DNA of 64,000 nucleotides. Source: Phoronis australis (taxonomy: Eukaryota; Animalia; Phoronida). Within the stretch, counting starts at the first letter, position 1. The number at the start of each line of letters is the position of its first letter. A program made the position numbers and the translations under genes. Under the pieces are notes generated by a model, which saw only the letters and a list, made by a program, of their open reading frames with translations, was not told the DNA's origin and ran no database searches. Shown piece by piece: positions 35,748-50,275 of the stretch. Location: the NCBI GenBank assembly GCA_002633005.1, contig NMRA01000075.1, forward strand, positions 296,641 through 360,640, written 5' to 3'.

Positions 35748-37588
35748 TCTGTCCGTATTTCATTCATGCTTGAATTCAGCGTCGTTGATCGCATTCTTTA
35801 ATGCACGTGAAACAAGCAGCACGTTAGGTGTTTATACTCGGGAAAAAATCCTGGAAACAGTTCACTTTACGTGGCAATCGTAAAACTAAGTTACATATTT
35901 TAATGAAACGTTGATTCAGAAGAAGGACCAAACGGGCGGAGTAAAGGGCGCCAATTTAATGCCGAAACTAAAGAGTAAGATAAAAGTTTCTAGACGAGCA
36001 CATTGAGAAAATGGTCTCTTAACTTCGTAAAAGTTTCTAATGGCTACAGAACGTGTAAGTTACTGTCCCCAACTCACCATTGCAAACGTGAACGACACAA
36101 TGACAGACACATGAATTTAACCACATTTCGTAGTCTGGGTTTTCTTTCTGTTTTTTCTCTGAACTTACAATCAAGAGGAATTTAATGCGATCAGCTACAT
36201 AGGGGTATTTGCAGATTTATTCGTTATCGGATTTACTGCGGTTAGTGCAGATTTTGCTTTGTTTTCCTTCTTATATTCTTGTTCGTCGCCTCTAACTTCT
36301 TGTTATTGTTCTTCTTTTCCTGAGCCATTGGTATCCATTGACCGGTTGCATGAAGCAGTCCCACACATGGACTCAATTAAAGGAGAATGCCACTCAAAAA
36401 ACAACCTATTTTGTGTCAATTTAGATCGAGTAGTTCTACTCGACAACGGCACGTTCGGTTGCGATACCTGACACCTGACGGCAGACGGAGGTGTTGAAAT
36501 TATCCAATGACGTCATTGGTTTCAAACACAGTCTGTTCAGCAGTTCACATCACGGGATACTGATGTCAGCTTATCGCTTGTGAATTCATCATTTAACACC
36601 AGTAAATCATCAAAATTTGATGTAAAACCTTTAAAAATACACCAAGTTCTTATAAAAACGTGTTGTTTTATTTCGCTGTTACGGATTTATTGGTATTTGG
36701 ACACACCGTAGCCTACAAAGTTCGGCAGGCCAATTTCCCAAGGTCTGAAGCAGGAGTTTGGGGTCTGTTCGGAGATAAATTTGAATTATTCTTCCGTGAA
36801 ATACAGACAAGAGAACCTAGATTTATGTTGTTTAGACTTGTGATTTTTTTAGTTCTAAACACACAAAACGATCGTTATCGCGGCCAGTGCCTCGGAACCC
36901 GATCAGGCCCGTCGCGGCCGCCGGGACTGGCACCAACATAAACCAGCTTGAGTTGGAAACTAAACCTCCTGTCACGAAAAGACTATAATAGTGAGCCACA
37001 GAAATAATGTGCACGTAATTATTTATGTGAATTAGACACGAAGCTGAAAATCTACTTACTTTTGGGGGGCTGCGAAGTCAGTTTCCCCTCCTACAGACCG
37101 TCAGGGCAAAGGATGTACAGTTACAATGATTTGAATAATGTATTTGTATTTCTAAATAAAGATTTCCCTAACATGTGACCATAGCATATAAAATCGAGTA
37201 ACTATTTCACAACAGCTTTCTGTCAGCAAACAGTGAATTAGCATTCGCTCACACGGCCTTGATGCCCGGTCAATTACCTTTATTACCGGCATCAAAAGCC
37301 GGTAACGCAGTGGTGTATTCCGGCATTACTGGCTTCTCAAAATTTGCACTCACGAATATTGCAAAGGCATTACAAACTGTATCTAATGACACAGACTTTG
37401 TTTCAGTTTTATATACGCATTGGTTAGGATGAGAACAATTCATTTTGAAACAAAAGGCAGAATGACAAAGGCTACATGGCAACGCGTCCGGCGCCAATCC
37501 CGACTTAGTCAAGAGCTCATCCGACAAAGACTTCACGGGTCGGATCGTTAGGTTTCAAAGGCTATCAGTTCGAATCGGAATACACTGA

Positions 37589-37884
37589 TCAAGAAATACT
37601 AGAGAGGCGCCGTGAACATGCCCAGGCAACGGAAAGTATGGATAGTTCTTTTGTAAGCCGGAATTCGTCAGAGACATCAAAGTCAACGAAATGCCGGCTA
37701 CAGACACGGAGATGTTTCACGGCCTCATACTTTCTATTAACAGCGTACCTTTCATTCTTCACTACCGCGAGCCACTTCCTAAGCACTTGGGGCTCTCGAC
37801 AAAGTCGAAAAAACTATATACTCGCGTTCTTCGCAGCTTCTTAGTTCGAAGAAGCGGGAACGATGCACCGCTATATAACGGCAT
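37589..37884 (-). mobile_element. Degenerate THAP zinc-finger domain (DNA transposon remnant)
   Basis: FFRLCREPQVLRKWLAVVKN...HLRVCSRHF; frameshifted, N-terminal Cys residues lost. Confidence 0.7.
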
Positions 37885-39414
37885 TCACTCTGCAGACAAA
37901 CCACTGACGTCGCTGCGTCGTTTCTCACCCTCCTCACAGGTTAACGCGACACCTCACGGCAAGGTGAGGTCGACCGTATCAGAGGCGATGTGGATATAGA
38001 CCGCTTAAGACGGTAAAAAAGACTAATTAAATCGGGTGGCATTCTCCTTTATGTTCCCCAAATCTACTGCGTATTTGTTAGCACACTGATCATGTGAACA
38101 CATCCACTACCACAAGAAACTGTAGGAACACCGCATTTATCCACCTGCACTCTTATAAGGCTTCTATTGTGAGTCAGCATGCGTGAATAATTGGCTGAAA
38201 AGCCACCTATGGAACAGTTACTACTTTTGGCTGAATGGATGACCAGGCCATAAAATGATAATTAGCCAAGACCAGTTAAATAATGCAACAAAGAATAATG
38301 TCGTAGCATCACCCAGCCTTGGTGGAAAGCTGTATACTGTATCAATTTGGCTCTAATAAAAAAGCCGAAGCATCTCACTTGGATCGGTCTCCATAGGCAG
38401 ATTTAGGATGTGGCCCCGCCCCCCCCCCCTCTTGGCTGCCCCCAAAAAACAAAACAGCAAGAGCGTGAGGAAATATTGAATTTATTAATTAATTTCGGTA
38501 TTCCTGCTCTAAGCGTTGGTACATTAGGCCAAAATAAAAAACGAAGCGTCAACAACTCGATGACTTTATTCCTTTCATCGGTCATCATATCGTATCGTAT
38601 CGGTTATCTGAAACTTTACAAAAGAAAACAGTCTATGTTATGCGGACTGACAAAACTATATCATTACGTTATCGTTACACCTTGTAAATAATGTATAGGT
38701 AATGTCTACCAGCAAATCTAGATAAACTCAAACAATAGTGCACTACGCACGAAACGTTAAACGGTATAGGCCATAGTCCATTGGACTCTAGGAAGCTTAG
38801 AAAAAATCACTTCCGTGGCCACTTTTTTTGGGGCAAGATAATTTTGGTGTTTTTAAGGTCATTAAGTAGTATACATTAAGAATCTAAAAAGTTCCCAAGG
38901 TTTGACTTTCACGTTTTTGAGAAATTTGAAATGAAAAATCTGACTTTCTGCATTATTTGACACAGGAATTAACCCAATCTTCAAAATCCAACAACACTAG
39001 ACAAAAACTGAATAATAATCTGATTGGGTTTTGTTCATTTGAAGTTATTGAACAAGGACAGTGATAAATATTATGACATTAGGCGGAAAATTGCTCACAA
39101 AAGAGAAAAAGTAAAATTTTAGCAGCGTCTCCTGTTGGCCAGAAACATACTGCTGTATTCTGAACTCCTACAAAAACAAATATAATACTGTTAACCATTT
39201 GGAACTTGATAAAGATTTGACATCCCAACCTACATGTGAACACCAAACATTTCCAATGCTTCTGCAATAATTTTTCTGTCATCAATTTCATTAATTGTCA
39301 TAATTAATTAACATTATCCCACATTGCAGTTAACTGTCACACACCGAGTAGTTCTTTAACAACATATCATACACTTATCATGTATCTTCATCCACTCTAT
39401 CATCATTATTGTCA

Positions 39415-39860
39415 TCAAAAGTTGTTTTTTGACTGAGACACCGTCTTCACATAGTCTGGACAGTCACAAAGCTTAGAACATGGTATGCCTGACTCCAAAC
39501 AAGAGCACATTTTTTCACTACAACCACCTCTTTTACACTTGCCATTAACATTTTTCGTGAAAATTTCTGGGGCTAAAGGCAGAGTCATCCAGTGGAGCAT
39601 CATACTACCCCGGTCCAAAAGCCACCCATTAGCAACTGGAGTTGGTGCACTAACATGCTGTTGCAAGGCTCGTTTGTGAATGGCACACTGGTAGTTTGCT
39701 CTTTTAGCATGTAGCAGCAAACAATCATAATGAGGAGGCATATCACAGAGTCAACCTGGTAGCGTGCTTTATTAGCTGTTGATGACTCGCCGTACAGCTT
39801 GCATACAAACGGTTCAATGTTTTCCAGGAGTTAACCTGGAAACACAAATTTTGAGTCCAA
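39415..39860 (-). mobile_element. Academ-type transposase C-terminal remnant (Cys-rich finger)
   Basis: PPHYDCLLLHAKRANYQ...PVANGW...WMTLPLAP...KCKRGGCSEKMCSCLESGIPCSKLCDC. Confidence 0.68.
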
Positions 39861-42814
39861 CTTTAATGGCAAAGACCGTTTCATCTAAATACATTGTTAC
39901 AGTAATCCTGATTAACTGAAATAGATAACCAAAATAATTTTCACTTTAGCACACAGTATGGCCAGCAACTGAAATGTCATTTTGTCAAAGTGCTCAGCAA
40001 AAATAAGCATTAAGAGAAATGGGCATCATTAATAACATTGACTGAACTGTGCAGCTGCCTTCAAACAATTTAAAACATAGAAACATTTCCATCATCCTTA
40101 ATACACTAGTTCAGTCTTTGAAAATAGAGGAATGGTCATGTTGGCAATAGTTTTTGTTTGAAATTGAAAAGCGTCTTTTTTACTGTAGAGCTAAAATTTC
40201 ATTTGACGCTTCCTGTTTTAAATAGCACATAATTGGAAAAGTAAAAAATTTCCTTTGCTAAAAACTCCAATTCAAGAATCTTCATAATGTGAGATACTGC
40301 AATCTGCGCAACACTTGAATTTTCAAGATAAATAAATTACAGAACACAGGCAATATTTCCATTTTAATATTTCTCAAATTCCAAACACTGCTCATGATTT
40401 TACATAAAAGGATCTCAAAATAGGCTAGAAGTTCATAGAAAGCAGTGCTGATCACTTACATGTAGGTAAAAACTACTGCCAGTACATTTGAGATTGAGAC
40501 CACTATTACTACAAATTTATCAAGCAAAATAATTTTTGTTCTGTGACCTAAACTAAAGATTACTTACCATAAATGACACCTTTTCAAATTAAGAATAGGT
40601 AGGCTTATTTACAATTGAATGTTAGGAACTAGGATAGGTTTTCAACTTTTCTTTTGTTTGTGAAGTTCTCATGTGATGAAATTTGATTTGTGGCAAATGG
40701 TTCATTGTGGTGGCAAGACATGTACGGCTATATTTCTTTGAGCACTGTTAAATGTAACTGACAGTGACAATCTTTTTAATTTCAATTTTTAATTTTAATT
40801 TATTTCCATCATCAGCGTGGTCTTTTTCTTTTTTAAGAGCTCTTTCAATTTTTGTTACATCCGTTAAGTGTCTGTAACATTGCTTGTAATAGAAGCATGC
40901 ACGCACCAAGCCTAAAAATGGGGGGCTCGAGTTTTTGAGAAAGAAGACATTTATTAAGATTTACGGGGTGCTTCAGAGCTACGAATTGTGCGTTCGTCTA
41001 CCTTTTTAGTGAACTACTTTTTCGGAGTTTTTGTTTCTCAACAATATTATGAGGAACGGGCCCCTATACTTTTAGAAGAACACAGTGACTTAACAGAGTA
41101 ATTTGAACTAGTTTTCATTGAAAGTTGGTTATATGGAGCAAAAACGGCCAACGTCGAAGTCAAGCGATGTTTAATATGCGCTTTTAATGCGATGTACCAA
41201 AATGGTTAATATACAAAATTTCCTTATCTGCCTGCAGCCACGCGGGATGTTGAAAGCGACCTGCAAACCCTCCTCCCAAAATGGCTGCTCACGAGACACG
41301 TTGCTTCACGTCCATTAATGGCAGAATAGCCAATCTCTGTATTTAATTATGTGTGCTTCGAACTAACAAACATTGGCGAAATAGCAATTTTAATTGACAT
41401 TTTACCTTAAACAGCAATGAAAGAGAAAGTGCATGTTTTTGAAGTCCGAAAGGTCAACAGTCAGCTTTTTTCGGACTGTTGCCCCTTTAAACTATCGACC
41501 GGGAGCCGATTTGAGCAAAATAATTATGCACTTTCAGTGTGGCGGTACTTCGGGAGCAAATTTTCCGATATGGAAAATGCATTAAAAACACGCCACCTCT
41601 CGTAGTAAACAGTCTTTATTCGGTTCCGTTCGTATGCTCGGAATAAAATTTTACACTCCAATAGAACATTGGTGAAGCAACTGACCAAGAGACATGATTA
41701 AAAGACGCGATATTTTGAAACATATTTGTTCAATTGTCATGGGGAAATAAAATAACGCAGTAATACCACAACGGAGCATAAACTGGAAACGTATACAGTG
41801 GGACACGGCAGGTGTGAAATATTGCAAAGAGTGACAAGTGGAGGGGGTAACATCTTTCAGAGTGTCAAAATATTTTCTATTTCCCAAGCTAGGCCTCCCA
41901 TGTTTACGTATACTTGCCAAGGTTTGATTTGTTGCTACCGCCACCATTTCTGACAGGTTTGTCATCATAGGAACAATGATATTTCTTTTAGCTTTTTTAA
42001 AAGACACGGGACTATGCCGCCCCTGTTTTGAACTATTGGCTCGCCCCTCTCAAAGGCAACCTTTTGCTGTTGCACTTGTAATATTCTTTCAACTTGCCCT
42101 CAAATAAATGCGTGATTTCCTCTCCATCACAATCTCTTTAAGGAATTTTCAACTAATAATATGATAGATAGAACCCGTCACCATCCGAAACTTTGGTCTC
42201 GCTCCTTTTGTGTGGAGCAGGGCGATGTATCCTTGGCAACAAAACATTGGCTGAAATAAATAAAACCATAGTTAACTAAAACGTGTTTTTTCTATCAAAT
42301 TGGCTTCTGAAATTGAATTCTCCGTAAAAAAATGTTATGGTCGTTTGTTCCCGAAGAAATACGATAAATATTTCTGTTGTGCTTACCAAGGCAAGTGTGT
42401 TTACTGTAATGCCGGATACACAGTTGGTTTATGACCTGTGAACGCCAACAAACGATTGCAAGAACGCTTTAACTATAAAAACTTGCTACCTGAGCCTGGA
42501 AACTCCTTTCGTGTGGAGTTCAAAATGTACGGGGTACATTTTTACTATACCAAGAAACTTCTGCACACTTCTGATTGGACGTTGCCGTTAAGTTTATACT
42601 GGAGATAACTCCAGAGCTTCACAACAATTATAAGAAAATGCAATTAGTTAAGAAAGAGCCCATAAAAAGGTAAATGATAAAAAATTACTACACCTGTGAA
42701 TACAGAACAAAACAAATTGCAAAAGATTTAGGGAAGTAAAGTGAGTCACTATTTGTTTTCTGCAACCGAGCACAACCAGTTGCTTGCATCATTGAACACT
42801 AACGTCAAATACAG

Positions 42815-43046
42815 GTATTTATCCCGCGCGCGTTGAATCTGTCAAGGGAAATATGGCCACGTAATAAAGTTTTCCGTATTCACCTCTCGCACTACTTCAA
42901 CAGCGACCTCTGACATGGAAAGTTCAAAAGATTAGGTAAATGTCAACTCGACATCTTCAGCCGGTTCGAAGGTCTCGGTCGATACGCGGAATAATGTCTC
43001 GTGGGATATTACTTCATGTACGCCACTCGAGGTACGTTTTCTGTAT
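42815..43046 (-). mobile_element. Internally deleted copy of the Crypton-like repeat with both ends retained
   Basis: Reverse complement of both termini of 29370-30089 joined together; GTAT at both boundaries. Confidence 0.65.
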
Positions 43047-44896
43047 GTACAACTTCCAACAAGCCTCGAAATTTACCTCCTCCCTTGTAGTTGTGCTCGT
43101 CAGCTCATCGTACAAGTAGCGCTAATGACCGACAATGTCGAAATCGGACAAATTAAGACCAAAATGTCTCAACTTCGTTTCATAAAATTTCTTAAGACCA
43201 AAGTCGAGACCAAACAAGGTCTATATCTAAGACTTTTATCACTGCAAACTGTTAAAGAACAATTTTTGTTGATATTGTTCACAATCTAATGTCCCTAAAA
43301 ATGTTACATTGAAGACCATTTGCTTGCGATTGGAGAACTGCAAAACAGTGTAGAATTGTTGAGACAATGAAGTGCGTTTTACTTGCGCAAGTGAAATATT
43401 TTCCAGCTATACCACTTAAATGGGATTCCAATGGCATATAAAATGTTGTAAATAAATTCCCAGTTAGCATTCGAAGAATGTCCTTGCAGCCAAATTTCAT
43501 ACACCGCCTCTCTTATTTTTGTGAATTCGCAACAGGTGGTGAAAGAGTAGTTTGTATGCTCAACTAAGACTGTCAAAACTTCACTTAATTTCTGTTTAAA
43601 ATGAGACCGAAGACCCAAAACGACGTTTTTCCTTTCAGTGACGTAAAAGATGGGAAGCGTGAGATAACATCTAGCTTCTTTGTTAACCTCCAAGCACACT
43701 CTTTTGTCTGGTATGACAACAGGTATGACAATTATCTACCAGGCTTATCACAGACCACGTACATGTATGAACACAGTCAAACCCAAAGCGATTTCGGAAA
43801 GAATAGATTGTCACAACTTCAGTTGCAGTTGGGCGATTTTGGCAATTCAAAAACTAAGCATGATCACCATTTGACGAGGATTTCAGAAATGCTATTGGTT
43901 TATGTTCACATATGTTATAACTTAACTTTTATTTTTAGCAGCACAGCCCAGTCAGGCTAGATATGATTTTACTGGAGATTAGAGCAATTATCGAACAACA
44001 GAGAGATGGCCCTAAAACCATAAATGCCAGAATGGAGTTAATCAGCCGTGTAAGATATTGGCTATAGTGGTGTTCTTCCCAACATGTTGTTGGGCTACAG
44101 AATCGAACAAATTGGGAGCAACAGGAAAACGCCGTAATAGAAGAGGGGAAATTTGAGTTATTTTTATGTGTTTGAGAGAAGAGAATGAGACAGATATTCG
44201 GTCCTAAACTCGAAATATCGAAGGCTCTGTGACAAGCACAGAGAAATCAAAACATGGGACTCAAACAAAGAGCGAAGTGCGGCCGTATTAAAAATAACGT
44301 TGCCCATAATCGAAAGAGAAAAGAAGCTTATACCGTTTGTGATTTGCATTATGGTTTTTCAACAATAAAGATAACGTTGCTCCACCCAAACAGTACTAGA
44401 TTGCCATCAATTTGTAATATGCAAGGTCTCAGAATTGTATCAAGTGCGAGCGCAAGATGCAACGAGAGGTATATCAATTTGCGATTAATTATTGTTCACT
44501 TGTTCAGTGTTGATGAGCGCGCTCGCCTTGTCAAATAATTGTTACAATTGTTGTTCTGTGTTCTTATGGTTGAGGTAGCGCTTGCGAACTACGCCGTGTC
44601 CTGTACATGTGAGTAGTGTTAGTACACAGAGCCAGCGACACTGTCGTTCTCCTAGCAGTTAATAGTGAATATACAATGTAGGTAATTCCGCTTCTTCCAA
44701 ACAGGTCTTCATCTCGTATTCTGGATTATAGCATGTTTGAGCACGCTGCCTAAAGAAAATGGTAAGATATTTCTTTTGATTTTGTGTTCCAACGTCTTAT
44801 AGAAACAGCGTGGAAATGTATATCGCAAACCTTTTTTGATCAGCACGCCACCTCTGGCCTCATCACGTGACCTGATGAATGCAAGTCTTAAACGAT

Positions 44897-44970
44897 TTCT
44901 ACCCCAAGCGGGACTCAAACACAAGACCTGCTAACCGTGTAGAAGCTCTAGTCAACTGACCCAACGAGAA
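44897..44970 (-). repeat. Degenerate tRNA-derived (SINE head-like) sequence
   Basis: Minus strand TGGGTCAGTTGACTAGAGC (A-box-like) ... GTTTGAGTCCC (B-box-like); no intact cloverleaf. Confidence 0.4.
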
Positions 44971-45053
44971 CACCAGTCAAATTCACAAATCCCATCAGAG
45001 TTGCAGTGGGCATCTCGCCCTTGAACGCCTGAGTTCATATAAATACGAAACTC

Positions 45054-45900
45054 TTAGTTCAAGAACGAGATTGAACAAATCTTTTTACGAGGTACAAGGT
45101 GCCGTGAAACGGCCTTAACACTATTGGATCCACTGTAAGCTCCAGTTATGAGTAAGGCAGCTTGATACTGTAATTTCTCCAAATGCACCAGGGTTGGAGA
45201 CTGACATATAATATCACAATAATAGACATGAGGAAATATAAAGGATTTGAACAGAACCTCTAAATGTGTAGAATTTAGATGACGAGAGACAAGCTTAAGT
45301 GGATTAATTAGTTTCTGAGTATTTTGTACGTGCTTCCGAACGTGGGGTGAATGAGAGTTTTTCATCTAACAGTATACCGGTACCAAGATGCCTGTGCGAC
45401 TGGTTTCTAGGAATGATTTTATCATTTAATTTAAGTTCATAAGACAGGTGAACAAGAAAGAGAGCATTAATAGATTTTGAGAAGGTGAGGTCAACGCTTT
45501 TTATGGTTTAAAATTCATTCTACATTCTTGTGACCAAAAGCTGAGTTTATTCAAGTCGTTTTCAAGCTGCAAAGAACTTTCAGGGCTGCTCCATGCGAAG
45601 GGGTAAAAAAGCGCCGTGTCATCTGCATAAAAGTATGTGCTACATGACAGGTTATCAGAAAGGTCATTAATATAAACCAACAAGAGAAGAGGGTCCAATA
45701 AGCTACCTTGCAGTACACCTGCGTTTACAAACCCAGGAGGGGATAAAGTTGAAAGAACGCCGTCGACACGAACACTGTGTACGATCGGAGAGATATGAGG
45801 TGATCAGTAATGCCACAGGATCGAAGTTTGTGGAGTAGAAGGTCATGAGGGACATAGTCGAAAGCAGAATCTATATCTAGAAAAATGGACCTGACACTCT
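45054..45900 (-). mobile_element. Non-LTR retrotransposon (CR1/L2-like) reverse transcriptase remnant
   Basis: SIFLDIDSAFDYVPHDLLLHKL; GVLQGSLLDPLLLLVYINDL; YADDTALF; LFKSFIFPHVYYCD; frameshifted. Confidence 0.88.
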
Positions 45901-48270
45901 GGCGATATGTGTACGCGCCATCAGAGGCGACATAACCCTGGGTGCAGACACCATATCGTTAGCGTCCCCATGGCGTTATGAACGTGGTAAGGTGTCGGTC
46001 GTCCTCATGCAGCGGAAAACTGTGATACCAGTTCCACGCGTCACGATTTCTTTGTGTTATAGGGGACGGTTCTCGTCAGGTGGAAGGTCGATGGCGTGTG
46101 GTGGGTCTCCCTCATCGCATGTGCGTTTAGGCTTTGCATGTCGACTGTAAGACGTGGTTTCTAAGGCTTCTTCGCGCAGATCGCCGTACGGTGGCGATAG
46201 GTCACTGGATTCCAGACGGGTACAGGTTCGATAACACCCACTATGTTGACATCCCGATGCAAGCCGGCCTTGACTTCGTCCCACCAATGGATGGGGACGG
46301 GGACGGGTGTGTGGTGGAGTGTAGGCTCGTTGGCAAGATTGATCATGAGGCTGAAGGGAGGACCGTCCATCATCGGGAATGCAGCATACTCACATGTGCT
46401 GAATGTAGAGGACGCGTAGTAGTCCAAAAGCCACTGTTGGAGACGCTCCCGGTTGTTGACGGTAGCGGGAAACGGAAGTGCTGTGGGACTAGGTCTTACG
46501 CCGAGGTGGGCACTTGCAAGGGGTCTCTTCGCCGTCGTGTTCGGTCGCAAGCCACTCGCCGATTGTTGGGATTTGGGTGCCTAACCCTTTCTACTCAGGA
46601 AGAATTTATCTGTAGAGCCGGAGATGAGGACGATCTGCTTGGAACTGCGGCTGCAATATTAAAGGCTTGAGAGATGGACGATAACCGTCCTGAGGATGTT
46701 AATGCCGCTGTTGTCGGCCGTTCTCATAGTCAGGGTGACGGGAAGCAGGTCCGCGAGCGACAGTTTAGTGAGTAGATACGTGCCGCCAGGCAGCTTTGGC
46801 ACCCATTGTCCGCTATCCAGGTGATAGCGGCGCGACCAGGGGCGGCTGACGAAGTGGGGTGGACGCCCATTGAGGAGTAATCGTCATAGGCGATTCGGAT
46901 TGATAAGGTGATCGTGGGTTGTGGCATTGATTTACGCTTAACCCATACGTCGGAGGAGTGGTCGAAGACATGGTGGTCGAGGGTGATCCCGGTGGCTTCC
47001 TCGATGTGACATAGGTTCTCGAAGGACGCATGACCGTGGTGGGTGTGGACGTCCGAATTTTTGTTGCAGCGGCCACCGCGACACACAGCAGGGAAGTGAT
47101 GCTTGGTGTTACACCTCTCACAAGTGTGGCCGAAAGCGGGACAAGATGTTTGGCGTGTCATCGTCGGTCCTTTTTTCCGTGTCCAGTCTGGCAGTAAGAT
47201 CTACATGTGTCGCTCATGTCAGGAGCCTGATGCGGTAAAATATTTTCGTGGGATTTTGGGCGTGCATCCCGGTGTCTACGGTAAGTCCTTTTGACTGCGT
47301 GGGCGTGGGTGGGCTCGGCGATGCGTGTGACGGAGCGTTTGCCCCTTTCCTTCTTCTCAACAAGTAATAGGACCTCTTCTAGAGATGGTGACTGGTTGGA
47401 GTTCCCCAATAAGTCTAGCAAGACGTCTTAGTTGTCGGCTAGGTCCTGGCACATGACATCTGTTATCACTGAGTCAGTACAGTCATCAGATTGGTTGCAA
47501 TATGGACAAGGCTGGGAGTTTTGGCACACTGGAGCTTAGTCTCGCACTCGAGGGGAAAATGAGTGGATGAGCTCGTCGTGTGGTCTTGGATCAGCGTATG
47601 CAACTGGGCTCGGGCTACCATCGGGGCCTCTGTATACGTACAGCAAATTGTCCATGGAAGCCAGGATCGCCTGAATGACCAGTGATGCCAGGAAGCTGAC
47701 AAAGTTGCGTGCTAGGTCATTTCTGAGTCTCTCATCGCAGCTTTCGAGGAGTTGGATGGTATTGGTTTTTCCTGTGATGCCAGTTGCCTCCACGTATAGT
47801 GTATTCCTCCCATCGCGTCAGGAAATATTGCCAGTCCGCCAAACTCACGTCTATGGAGATGGACGACCGGTTAACTCTCTCGTGACGTGGCGCCGGGCTG
47901 GACGGTGAGGGCGAGGCCGTGTATTATAAGAGTTCAACGGCTAATGACACCTCGTTGTCGCAAGTCTTGTAGCTACACCCAGGGTAAGGACACTGAACGG
48001 CATACATCGTGTGGAGTCACTGTGTTGGAGGATTAGCGGTCACGATCATAGGAAATAATTCTCAAGTATTTTTTTTACTGTTTATTGATGGCAGTTAACG
48101 ACGAATGACCGTACTCTGAAAGAAAAGTGACAGAGAGTAAATACTACGTCGCCGATATTCGAGGTATGAGTACAAGAGGTCAGCAACGCTAAAGATGGCT
48201 ACTATAAATAAGGAAATCTTACCGCTAAGTAAAAAATGGACTTACACTGTAGATAGAAAAACAACATGGC
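45901..48270 (-). mobile_element. Gypsy-type LTR retrotransposon remnant (gag - protease - RT N-half)
   Basis: ATG at 48003; zinc knuckle CERCNTKHHFPAVC; protease-like IADNGCQSCL; RT PVPVPIHWWDEVKAGLHRDV, AWNWYHSFPLHEDDRHLTTFITPWG, QGYVASDGAYT; GC-rich, with stops and frameshifts; possible PBS/LTR relic at ~48140-48270. Confidence 0.85.
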
Positions 48271-49139
48271 GGCTAGCGCGAACAGCCAGCGCCATCTATT
48301 TGTCATAAATCTCTAGAGACCGAAATGTATATGAACTTTTTTTGCATCTTTGCGGCAATATGTTGTTGCCGTTAGCTTCGATGACTTCATATGTATGCCA
48401 AGCACGGTATCCCCGGTTAAGCAACAAGATTATTTGTGAAAACCTTGAATAACCAGTAAAGTTTTATTTCACAATAAATTTATTAGAATTTTTAGTTTGT
48501 GAAATATACCACTTCACCTATTGAACCATTCACTAATTTTTAAAGTGTGACGGAAACGTAGTAGAACAAATCCATTCGGGAATATAAAAACTGAAGCATT
48601 CACTGAACGGTGAGTTGTGCTGCAATGCGTCGTTTTAGCTTCGCGGAATTTCTTAGTTTTCATGGTCTGTTTTCGTGTCTTAGATTCTGGGCTGTAAGTA
48701 GGAATAGAAAAAGTTTCCTCGTGTTGATCACAGCACTGAAAAATAACGGTGGAAACTGTGCTGATTCGAAGAACATGAGATCAGGACTGTATCGCAAAAG
48801 TAGATTCAATGTTTTACGCTACCAGCGGCGGAGAGTTGAGGAACGCTGCAAGCAGACAATTGTGTCAGTAAAAATTACATACTCCGCATATTTGCCTGTG
48901 AACACCTTGGTTCTCAGTGTAGGTATACTGTATGCATCCATAACCAAAAGTTTTCGTTGTATTTGAATTAAATTTTTGGCTGATTTTGTTGGCCGGGAAC
49001 GCTGTTTAGCCTAACCTATTTACGATGATCCAGTTTGAAACTAGCGAGGCCTAAAAATAGCCTCCTGCGTCGGAATCATCGTCGGTAAATCTTTGCTGTT
49101 TTAGAACAGTAAATCTGCTTTACCAGGGACGATGCCTTG

Positions 49140-49685
49140 GATCAATGTTTTTGGTAACCCAAATGAACGAGCGTAGTCACATTTGGCGCTGTACACGCGA
49201 ATTTATTCCACCAAGAGACTGCACACCAACTGTGGAATACGGGTTCTACCGTTGTATACGGATTGGCTCTACTTCCCCATATTTTATAACGTGACGTGTA
49301 CAATACCTGTATTTTCTCATGACTTTGTCGTATACTGCAATATGTTTTCTTGAACTCGACTTCGCTTTTGTTTTAGATAGCCTTAATAGATATACGCACT
49401 AATTAGTCGGTATGGGCTTCAGGCCAAATGATGTAAAATGAGATTCAGGCTCATGGCAGTGAGAAAAGCTAAAAAAGTTGATGTAACAGGCTTCATTTTC
49501 TGAACTCATAGCAAGAAGTGGAAATGAGTAGAGCCAATTCATATATCATGGTAGAAGCCGTATTCAACAGTAGAAGCCGTATTTCACGGTTGGTGCGCAG
49601 TCTGATGGTGGAGTAATTTCACGTGTACAACGCCAAATTTTATTGGGCTCAATGTATGTGGGATAACCTATATATATCCAATTGC
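49140..49685. mobile_element. Foldback/MITE-like element with ~130-bp diverged inverted arms
   Basis: ATTTGGCGCTGTACACG...ATTGGCTCTACT (49181-49273) is inverse to AGTAGAGCCAATT...CGTGTACAACGCCAAAT (49527-49639). Confidence 0.7.
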
Positions 49686-50275
49686 TTTAGCATGCTCCAC
49701 TCTTAATTCTGTTTTTTGTGTCATTCTCCGCGTGTGCTGCGTTTGCTTGTTTATTTACGGAATCCTTACATGAATCTTCATAACATTTGGTAAACAAGGC
49801 GCTCCTTTGATGTGCGCCCTCATGGTAATTTGATTTTATGCAGAAGTGTCTCTACTCATGGAACCATATAAAAATATTCATAAAACTTACATTTAGGTTG
49901 TATGTTTGTATTAGGGATATAAACACCTGTCGATGTTGCATTCCTTCGTGGCAGTTGGTCAATTTGACTTTTATGTCTCTGCCATTTGTGAAGTTTTGCT
50001 CTTTATAGATAGGACGCACCCGTAATTTACAGAAAAGTGCCACCACGTCATCGTTTCTGTATACCAAACTGATCGGTCAAACTTCAAGGAATTCCATTTT
50101 AGAAAACTTTCTTTTGTGCCCTCATTTGGGGACTGTGTTAAGTTTAAAATATTGTTAAATCATTGGGAATTTTAAATTAGTCAACCCTAAGCTTAATGTG
50201 TGTGTGTTGTACGTGATGTACACGGTGAATGCGTATCAACGCTCTAGGTTTTTTTCACATTTGTATCCCTCTCAG

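Noticed and set aside
43170-44240. Possible Harbinger transposase relic; also a FLYWCH/MULE-like relic at 41650-42240
   Set aside because: The similarity is only impressionistic across several frameshifts and cannot be supported without a profile search.
44897-44970. Functional tRNA gene
   Set aside because: The A and B boxes are degenerate, and the acceptor and anticodon stems do not pair.
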